A stretch of 64,000 nt of DNA. Origin: Bacteroidota bacterium. GTDB lineage: Bacteria; Bacteroidota; Bacteroidia; NS11-12g; UBA955. Below are positions 57,223 through 64,000 of the stretch, piece by piece (within the stretch, counting starts at the first letter, position 1; each line of letters begins with the position of its first letter). Both the position numbers and the translations under genes were made by a program. The stretch covers positions 22,447-86,446 of the forward strand of contig JAQCBH010000007.1 of assembly GCA_027621365.1 (NCBI GenBank), read 5' to 3'. The notes beneath the pieces are model-generated. The model ran no database searches. It saw only the letters and a program-made list of their open reading frames with translations, and had not been told where the DNA came from.

Positions 57223-57304
57223 TGCCCAGAACAGGACTCGAACCTGCACGCTTTGCGGCGCTGCCACCTGAAGACAGTGCGTCTACCAATTTCGCCATCT
57301 GGGC
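57223..57304 (-). tRNA. tRNA-Leu(CAG)
   Basis: GCCCAGATGGCGAAATTGGTAGACGCA-CTGTC-TTCAGGT-GGCAG, variable arm, GCAGGTTCGAGTCCTGTTCTGGGCA. CCA is not encoded. Confidence 0.96.
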
Positions 57305-57330
57305 AAGCGACAACCTTTCGGTTGGGGTGG

Positions 57331-57338
57331 CAAATATA
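57331..57338 (-). promoter_or_regulatory. -7 promoter element for tRNA-Leu(CAG)
   Basis: TATATTTG on the minus strand. Confidence 0.75.
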
Positions 57339-57417
57339 CAAAGGAATTGACTTGGATTAGGCGATTTCATTCATCATGAAAAGAGCTTGTCAATTCTGTA
57401 AATTGCTGGCGAGATTC

Positions 57418-57873
57418 ATGTCCAAATCAGCCTTCATCGCCAGTAGAGTTCACGCTCTGTTTTTTGGTCCCAACTGGACTGAAACCAGTTTGTCAGAGTT
57501 GATACAGAACCACACGTTTGCTCAGTTTTTAAATACGAAATTGGGAAGGAATTCAGCCGCAGCCGTCTTGTTTCATATTCATTACTATCAGCGAGCGCAA
57601 TTGACTGTGCTTCAAGGAGGCCCTTTACACGCAAAAGACTCTGAGAGTTTTGATCATCCCAAATGGGAAGATGAATCAGATTGGTTACCGTTTGTTTCAA
57701 CGGTCATTGATACCGGTAGGGAATTGGAATTAAAAATGGCTCAAATGCCGGAGTCCGTATGGTCAGAACCCTTCGTCAAAGCCGAATACGGCAGCTATGA
57801 AGTCAACCTATTTGGCATGTTGGAACACAGCTATTACCACTTCGGGCAACTCAGGCTGGCAATGAAGCCTTAA
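57418..57873 (+). CDS. DinB/DUF1572 family protein
   Basis: G.NWT, NSAAAVLFHIHYY and GMLEHSYYHFGQL (DinB HxxxH motif). Confidence 0.85.
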   Translation: MSKSAFIASRVHALFFGPNWTETSLSELIQNHTFAQFLNTKLGRNSAAAVLFHIHYYQRAQLTVLQGGPLHAKDSESFDHPKWEDESDWLPFVSTVIDTGRELELKMAQMPESVWSEPFVKAEYGSYEVNLFGMLEHSYYHFGQLRLAMKP

Positions 57874-60680
57874 CCCGCCTTTTCTTCAGCGGCCTTGATG
57901 ACAGCATCGGCCTTTAGCGAGGCTTCCATTTCCAAGGCGTTGGCTTTTTCATTGGCATCGGCTTCCAATTTGGCTGCGGCCTCGATGGCTTTTTCACGAG
58001 CGGCCTTAGCTTTTTTATCGGTCTCTTTGACCGCCTTTTCGCCGGCCTTTTGAGCAGCGGCTTTGGCCAAGGGGTTGCCCGCTTGAGAGACCAATAAATC
58101 AGCCTGTTTTTGAGCCTCGTTCATGGCGGTCTCATAGGCTTTTTCAGCTAGTGATCTCTGCTTGTCGGCCAAGGCAGAAGCCTCACTGCGAATGCGGTCG
58201 GCTTGTTTAGAGGCCTCGGCTTTGATGCGATCGGCCTCTTTTCGGGCGGCGTTTAGGGCTTCATTGACGACTTGGTCTTTCTTTTCCTTGGCCTGGTCAA
58301 CATAGGGTTGAGCCATTTGAATACCCAGGGCCTTAAAATCTACTTTCATAACCGGATCTGCGGTAGTGCCACCAATGAAGAACGGAAGGGTCTTGCCTTT
58401 GTAGCGTATGGTACCACCAAAGGCTAAGCTGTGATCCAAGCCCACGGCTCCTTTTACGCTCATGAGTGCGCCTTCAGGCATGGTCAATTTGAGGGAATCT
58501 TTCATGGCCAGTTTACCTTGAACGATTTCGAATCCGACCTTGGTGGGGCTCAATTGCCAAGCACTAGCGTTCAACTTCAAAGGTTCGGTAGCGGTGGCCA
58601 TCCATTTAGGTACATTCAGCATGCCTTTAAACAATTCGAATACCCCATTGGCATTTGTGCTTGAAAAGTCAGGCTGCATGTCAGGTGTCAGGTTGGAGCT
58701 GAGGTTAAAGCCCAAGTTGGCCAAGCCATCAATATTCTTCAATATGGGGGCATAAGACTGTATCAAACTCAAGTGTTCGGCCAGGGCTGAGGGGTTGATC
58801 TTGAGAATATTCAATCCAAGAGCGGCTTCTGGTTTTCCTCCTAAAGCATACGCGTAGCGGGTGTTGTTCAAACTGAATTGGCTGCCCATCCATTCTGCAC
58901 TCAATGGGTTGATAGTCAATGTGCCGTCTTGCAAACGAATATCGGCTTGGCAGTTTTCCAGTTCGTAGGAGTCGTAAACGAGTTTATCGATGGTGGCTTT
59001 GGCTACCAAGTCCAAATTCTTAGGGAGAACGGGCAGAGCGGAAGCCGTGTCAGGTTCGACACGACCAGCCAATGCTCCGTCTTCGGCTTGTGCTTCCGAT
59101 ACAGTTGCACCAGGCTCAGTTGTGCTCGAAAGAGCAGCCATCCATTCATTGGCATCGATGCTCTTGCTAACCATGTTCAATCGACCGTGCAGGGTCTCGT
59201 CGTTGAGCATGTAACCCAAGGCGTTGGACACCTGAGCCGAGCCTTGCAAACGGCTTTTGCCCCAGGTCATGTCCAGTGATGATAAATCAAATTGTTTAGG
59301 ATTCAAACTAGCCTTCAATTCGGTCAACGCAAATGCCAAACCTGAATACTGGGTCTGAATGCCCTTGGCTTCCAAACTTCCTTCTGCTTTTAAGTCGGCG
59401 ACAGCCCCTGAGTTGAGCTCGCTGTAATGCCCATCAAAAGATGCGTGAATGGCTAGCCATCCCTTTAGGTCTTTGGCTTCGGTAGGCAGGAACTGAGACC
59501 ACTTGGATAGGTCGGTTTCCACATCCATTTTGCCCTTGGCATAGGGATTGGATTCAGGGTGGCTCATGTACAACCGCATGCCGAAAGGGCTGCCGTTGAG
59601 GTTCAAGGCCAATTGTTTCAATTCGACGATGGAATGGTCCACAATGCCGTCGGCGTTTTCAAAGTGAAAGTCTACTTGAATGCCGTTTACCGCACCAGGT
59701 AAACCCGGATATTGGACTGAGGCATTCTCTACGAGCAATTTTAAATCGGTAGCCGGCATCAAATCATCGGTCATTTGGCCTTTCAGGGCCAATGAAAAGG
59801 CTGCTTTTCCAGAGGTCTTTACACCAGAAAAATCTTTTATGTAGGCTCCAGGAACCGCTGACAAATAGGCTTTGAAATTACTGCCTTTGGCCTCTGCAGC
59901 GATATCCATGTCAATGTTGTTCTCGTTCAATTGCACCCATCCTTTGGCGGTTAAGGGCAGTTCATTCAACAGAATTTCTTTTACGTCAAATCCAAAGCGG
60001 AACTTGTCCATGTCCATGTTTAAGACGGTTTCGGTTTGTACGGCTACCGATTGAAGAAGGGTCATGCCTCCGTAAGACATGTCCAGACTTTTGCAACTAA
60101 GTTCCGTTTCGAGATCAAATTGTACATCTTCCATTGCACCCGAAGCCAAAAGATCCAAGCCTTTCAATGCCATATGGTAGTCCATAGTAGCGTCGTCATA
60201 AACCAGGCTAGTATTGTTCATGGTAATTCGTTGCAGAGACAATGACACTGGGGCGCCTGTGGTGGTATCAATGGCTCCTGTGTCGGGCATAGTGATGTCG
60301 TAATTGGCCTTGCCGCTTTCTAAATAGACGATGTGAGTGCGTAGTCCCTCGGTTTGGATGCTACCGATCTCATAGTGATCGGAAAACAAAGACTTGAGGT
60401 TGATGGTCAATTGAAGTTCGTCGGCGTGCAACAATTCAACGCCATCAAAAGAGTCTTGCCCTACAATATTCAGATCCTGAACACCTACACTGACGTTGGG
60501 GAATTGGCGCAAGAAACTCAAGTGCAAATTGGGATCAAATGACAGGTCGGCTTGTAAGTTTTGATTCGCAGATTTTGTAACCGCTTCTACGATTTTCCCC
60601 TTGAACAGCAAAGGCAACAGAAGCAGCAATAAAAACAGGGTAGCTAGGCTGAGGCTCAGGCGAACGATCCACTTTTTCAT
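57870..60680 (-). CDS. AsmA family (bridge-like lipid transfer) protein with C-terminal Ala/Lys/Glu coiled coil
   Basis: N-terminal TM anchor, LSFLRQFPNVSV, long beta-rich body and a helical tail (AKAAAQKAGEKAVKE). Confidence 0.85.
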   Translation of the reverse strand: MKKWIVRLSLSLATLFLLLLLLPLLFKGKIVEAVTKSANQNLQADLSFDPNLHLSFLRQFPNVSVGVQDLNIVGQDSFDGVELLHADELQLTINLKSLFSDHYEIGSIQTEGLRTHIVYLESGKANYDITMPDTGAIDTTTGAPVSLSLQRITMNNTSLVYDDATMDYHMALKGLDLLASGAMEDVQFDLETELSCKSLDMSYGGMTLLQSVAVQTETVLNMDMDKFRFGFDVKEILLNELPLTAKGWVQLNENNIDMDIAAEAKGSNFKAYLSAVPGAYIKDFSGVKTSGKAAFSLALKGQMTDDLMPATDLKLLVENASVQYPGLPGAVNGIQVDFHFENADGIVDHSIVELKQLALNLNGSPFGMRLYMSHPESNPYAKGKMDVETDLSKWSQFLPTEAKDLKGWLAIHASFDGHYSELNSGAVADLKAEGSLEAKGIQTQYSGLAFALTELKASLNPKQFDLSSLDMTWGKSRLQGSAQVSNALGYMLNDETLHGRLNMVSKSIDANEWMAALSSTTEPGATVSEAQAEDGALAGRVEPDTASALPVLPKNLDLVAKATIDKLVYDSYELENCQADIRLQDGTLTINPLSAEWMGSQFSLNNTRYAYALGGKPEAALGLNILKINPSALAEHLSLIQSYAPILKNIDGLANLGFNLSSNLTPDMQPDFSSTNANGVFELFKGMLNVPKWMATATEPLKLNASAWQLSPTKVGFEIVQGKLAMKDSLKLTMPEGALMSVKGAVGLDHSLAFGGTIRYKGKTLPFFIGGTTADPVMKVDFKALGIQMAQPYVDQAKEKKDQVVNEALNAARKEADRIKAEASKQADRIRSEASALADKQRSLAEKAYETAMNEAQKQADLLVSQAGNPLAKAAAQKAGEKAVKETDKKAKAAREKAIEAAAKLEADANEKANALEMEASLKADAVIKAAEEKAG

Positions 60681-60754
60681 AAATAATTCACAATTCTACA
60701 GCAAAGGCTGGGCCCTTTTTTTGCGATTACTCCAAAAACCGCCCAAGGGCGAGA

Positions 60755-61636
60755 TTATTTTCTGCTTTTTCTGAATTCTTCAGGGGTAACACCCGCGTGT
60801 TTTTTGAAAAATCGCACGAAATAACTGTTGTCTTCGAAGCGCAGCAACGAGGCGATTTCCGATACGTAGCGGTCGGAGTTGATCAACATTCGTTTGGCCT
60901 CCAACACGACGCGGTCTCGAATGAGGTCTCCGGCTGAACGACCCAATACCTGTTGGGTCAGGGCGTTCAAATGATTGGGCGATATATAGAGAAGTTCGGC
61001 GTAATCGCGAGGCAAACGTCGAGTGGTGTAATGGGCGTCAATCAACAATTCGAACTGTTGAACAACGGCCCGAGCATGGTTCAAGGGGCTTTCGCCTGAA
61101 TCAGGGAACAAATACCGAGAACTTTCGCTCAATAGCTGTACCGTGTATGCTCGAATCAAATCCAGGCGAAAGGATCCAATGCCATTGTATTCGGTCAGGA
61201 GCTTTTCAAACAACTGCCCAAATTCGAATTGCAGTGTCTCAGGTAAGGAAAATACTTGTTCCCGCCCCAACCTTCCGAACAATGGGAATTGAGCCAAATA
61301 CGAGGGTCTCAGAAAGACTGCCGAAAAGAAGGAATCGCTGAAGTTTAGAATGTATCCGCGGGCATGGTCATGGAAGTCCCAAGTGTGCACCTGGCCTTTG
61401 GCCATGAAATAGATTTGGCCCTTTGATGCCGAGTGATGTTGAAAGTCTAGGGTATGGCTTCCGCTGTCTTCGGTGAAGTAGACGATTTGGTAAAATTCAT
61501 GACGATGCGGGAACACAAGCCCAGGCCCGTGATCCCGCATGAAGTCTTCCAGGCGAACTACAACCAACTCTTGCAGGGAATTCCCATGCCCGAGCAGGTG
61601 GCAGATGTCAACAGATAGAATCGACTTGTGCGGCAC
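60755..61636 (-). CDS. AraC family transcriptional regulator
   Basis: PHRHEFY cupin motif, YAELLYISPNHLN and LRFEDNSYFVRFFKKHAGVTPEEFRK. Confidence 0.93.
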   Translation of the reverse strand: MPHKSILSVDICHLLGHGNSLQELVVVRLEDFMRDHGPGLVFPHRHEFYQIVYFTEDSGSHTLDFQHHSASKGQIYFMAKGQVHTWDFHDHARGYILNFSDSFFSAVFLRPSYLAQFPLFGRLGREQVFSLPETLQFEFGQLFEKLLTEYNGIGSFRLDLIRAYTVQLLSESSRYLFPDSGESPLNHARAVVQQFELLIDAHYTTRRLPRDYAELLYISPNHLNALTQQVLGRSAGDLIRDRVVLEAKRMLINSDRYVSEIASLLRFEDNSYFVRFFKKHAGVTPEEFRKSRK

Positions 61637-61645
61637 AAGCCGAAG

Positions 61646-62842
61646 TTAGTCAGTACCGGCCAATATTTTATTCCAGTACAACCATGGCAATACGCGGCGC
61701 TTGAGTAGGTACATGCTCCAGCGCTCTTTGCTTTGATCGAAGGGGAAGGTTTCCATGGGGTTGCCATCGTAGTCGAACTCGGCCAAGACCAATTTGCCAT
61801 AACCGGTAACCAAGGGGCAGCTGGTGTATCCAGTGTAGTTGCCGTTCAAAGTGGCACCGCCGCGAACGGCCAACAGGTTCTCCACCAGAACAGGGGCTTG
61901 TTTGCGAATGGCTGCACCGGTTTTAGAGGTGGGCAATCCGCTGGCATCTCCCAAAGTGAAAACGTTGGAAAATTTGGGGTGTTGAAGGGTGTGCTTGTCT
62001 ACGTCTACCCATCCGCCGGCATTGGCCAATGGGGATTTTTTAATGAAGTTGGGGGAGCTTTGGGGTGGCGTCACGTGAATGATGTCGTAATCAACCCAGG
62101 TTTCTTCCCCTTGGTTGTCACCAGCCATGGCCACAAATTTGGCCTTCTTGTTGGGGCCATCAATTTCTTCCAAACGCTGCATGAAATTCAAACCCACATG
62201 GCCGCGTTCGGCCACATTAAGCAAGGTTTTTTCGTACTTGGGAACGGCAAACAATTTGCCAGCGCCACTCCAATACTGAATATCAATGTCATTGAGAACG
62301 CCATTCTTTCTCCAATAATCAGAGGCCATGTACATGATTTTATGAGGGGCGCCGCCGCACTTGACAGGGGTATGGGGATTGTGAAAAATAGCTTTGCCCT
62401 TCTTGAGATTCTTGATCATCTCAAAGGTGTAAGGAGCCGTTTGGAAACTGTAGTTGGAGCTCACACCGTCGTGACCCAATGCCTCGGGCAGGCCTTTTAC
62501 AGAGGCCCAATCCAATTGAATTCCGGGAGCCACAACCATGTAATCATAGGTGTATTGATGGCCAGCCGTGGTGCTTAAGCTATTGTTTTCTGGGTCGAAG
62601 CTTTCGACGGCCTCTTGAATCCATTTGGCCCCTGCAGGAATGACACTGCTTTCGCTTCGCTCGGTGTCTTGAATGTTGAAAGCACCGCTGCCCACCAAGG
62701 TCCAGGCCGGCTGGTAATAATGCTTGTCAGAAGGGTCGATGATGGCGATGTCCAGACTCTTGTCTTTGATCAACAATTGGGCGGCCACCGAAATGCCGGC
62801 GTTTCCTCCGCCAACAATCAAGATATGATGATGTGTGCTAAT
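61646..62842 (-). CDS. sqr: Sulfide:quinone oxidoreductase (type II-like); start codon atypical
   Basis: ILIVGGGNAG, HYYQPAWTLVG, KCGGAPHK and YTSCPLVTGYGKLVLAEF (both active-site Cys), SKTGAA. The ORF track starts at TTG 62821, but coding-like sequence extends to ATT 62842. Confidence 0.88.
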   Translation of the reverse strand: MSTHHHILIVGGGNAGISVAAQLLIKDKSLDIAIIDPSDKHYYQPAWTLVGSGAFNIQDTERSESSVIPAGAKWIQEAVESFDPENNSLSTTAGHQYTYDYMVVAPGIQLDWASVKGLPEALGHDGVSSNYSFQTAPYTFEMIKNLKKGKAIFHNPHTPVKCGGAPHKIMYMASDYWRKNGVLNDIDIQYWSGAGKLFAVPKYEKTLLNVAERGHVGLNFMQRLEEIDGPNKKAKFVAMAGDNQGEETWVDYDIIHVTPPQSSPNFIKKSPLANAGGWVDVDKHTLQHPKFSNVFTLGDASGLPTSKTGAAIRKQAPVLVENLLAVRGGATLNGNYTGYTSCPLVTGYGKLVLAEFDYDGNPMETFPFDQSKERWSMYLLKRRVLPWLYWNKILAGTD

Positions 62843-63006
62843 AGATTTCTAGTTAACAAATTGCATGTTAGTGGTTTTCAATAAGAGGATTCATGACCTT
62901 TTGGCTACGTTGAAGATTTTCTTACACACATTCCGTAAAAAAGTCCATCGTAAGGGCTGTGCTGACAATACCATGAGTTTTACTATCTTCGATTGCAACA
63001 ACAACT

Positions 63007-63420
63007 ATGTATACCGGATTGCTACACCTGCACAACCTGCTTCGCTGGGTTATCGTAGTGACCTTGATTTGGTCGCTTTGGAACGCCTACAAGGGCAAGA
63101 ATGGAAAAGAAACCTTGATCATGATGATCTCGGCTCACATCACCTTGCTGGTCGGATTGTACCAGTGGATGGTCGGAGGCCTTGGCATGGCGAACATGAG
63201 TGCCATGAGCAATGCGGCCGCTCGTTTTTGGGCGATTGAGCATCCCACAATGATGATCACGTCGATTGTGTTCATCACCCTGGGACATCGCAGTGCCAAA
63301 GCGGGTGATACCAATAAAACCAAACGTTGGTTGATCATCGCCCTGATCGTGATTTTGTTGGCCATGCCTTGGCCGTTCCGCGAGGCGATTGGTCGCCCAT
63401 GGTTCCCTGGAATGCACTAA
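63007..63420 (+). CDS. Conserved His-rich membrane protein (cytochrome b-like)
   Basis: MYTGLLHLHNLLRW, SAHITLLVGL, IEHPTMM and PWPFR; four TM helices. Confidence 0.75.
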   Translation: MYTGLLHLHNLLRWVIVVTLIWSLWNAYKGKNGKETLIMMISAHITLLVGLYQWMVGGLGMANMSAMSNAAARFWAIEHPTMMITSIVFITLGHRSAKAGDTNKTKRWLIIALIVILLAMPWPFREAIGRPWFPGMH

Positions 63421-63454
63421 TCGGCTCGGCCCGATTTTTGATAAGAAGAGCAGC

Positions 63455-64000
63455 ATGAAACATGCTGCTCTTCGTTTTTTGGCCTTTTTTGGATTGGCTT
63501 TTGCCGCGGGTTGGTTGGGTTCTTATGTTCAGCGCAGTGGGTCCTCGCATTCTGCTGTTCAATTGCAAATTGCAGATTCTGGTGCGGCTTCGGCTCGCTT
63601 GGCCAATCTGAGTTCGGCCCCTACCTCCTTTCAAGAAGCTTCAGCCCTGTCGACGCCCACAGTGGTGTTCATCAAGAATGAAAGTACCGCCCAGTACAGC
63701 AGTCCTTTGGGTTGGTTCTGGGATTTTGACCCCTTTGGCAGCCGCGGTCCTAGCATGAGCACAGGAAGTGGTGTCATCGTGTCAGCCGACGGCTACATTG
63801 TCACCAACAACCATGTCATTCAAGGAGCTGAAAAGTTGACAGTGGTTCTCAATAGCCCCAAAAAAGAATACGTGGCCAAAGTAGTTGGAGCCGATGCGGG
63901 CAGTGATTTGGCCTTGTTAAAGATTGAAGCTGAGCAATTGCCGACCATTCGTTTTGCCAACAGCGATGAGCTGGCTGTAGGTGATTGGGTATTGGCGGTG
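63455..64000 (+). CDS. DegP/HtrA (Do family) serine protease (3' end runs off the window)
   Basis: Manual translation gives a signal/TM segment, STGSGVIVSADGYIVTNNHVI, DLALLKI and L.VGDWVLAV. Confidence 0.92.
   Translation, partial: MKHAALRFLAFFGLAFAAGWLGSYVQRSGSSHSAVQLQIADSGAASARLANLSSAPTSFQEASALSTPTVVFIKNESTAQYSSPLGWFWDFDPFGSRGPSMSTGSGVIVSADGYIVTNNHVIQGAEKLTVVLNSPKKEYVAKVVGADAGSDLALLKIEAEQLPTIRFANSDELAVGDWVLAV

Noticed and set aside
61733-62578. 281-aa plus-strand ORF
   Set aside because: Antisense shadow of sqr.

Overview
This is a chromosomal segment from a Bacteroidota bacterium, judged by TAnnTTTG -7 promoters, porX, a T9SS cargo protein, Oar/TonB receptors and a Bacteroidota-type aa3 oxidase operon. 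It is mostly housekeeping: a clustered riboflavin pathway, a cytochrome c oxidase operon with assembly genes, recA/radC, gcvP, tsaE/porX, thiN/xth, purM/lpxB/surE, anmK/dehydrogenase/pepT, sqr and a partial degP. It also carries three tRNA genes (Leu-GAG, Pro-GGG, Leu-CAG), an AT-richer regulator cluster (about 35.3-42.3 kb) and a small accessory block between two convergent tRNAs (51.4-56.8 kb). I found no integrase, transposase, cas gene or true CRISPR array. The most notable unexplained signal is non-coding. All three tRNA genes are followed by the same two-part architecture built from different sequences: a four-way cruciform of about 110-120 bp that embeds the terminator, then a hairpin ending in GGC-AATCC(T/A)G that mimics a split tRNA T-arm. 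At tRNA-Leu(CAG) the second part is repeated with an exact 86-bp period. Two other signals stand out: many genes have a -7 promoter motif only 4-5 nt before the start codon (apparently leaderless), and sqr appears to start at ATT. Product calls come from recognising motifs by eye, with no database searches.
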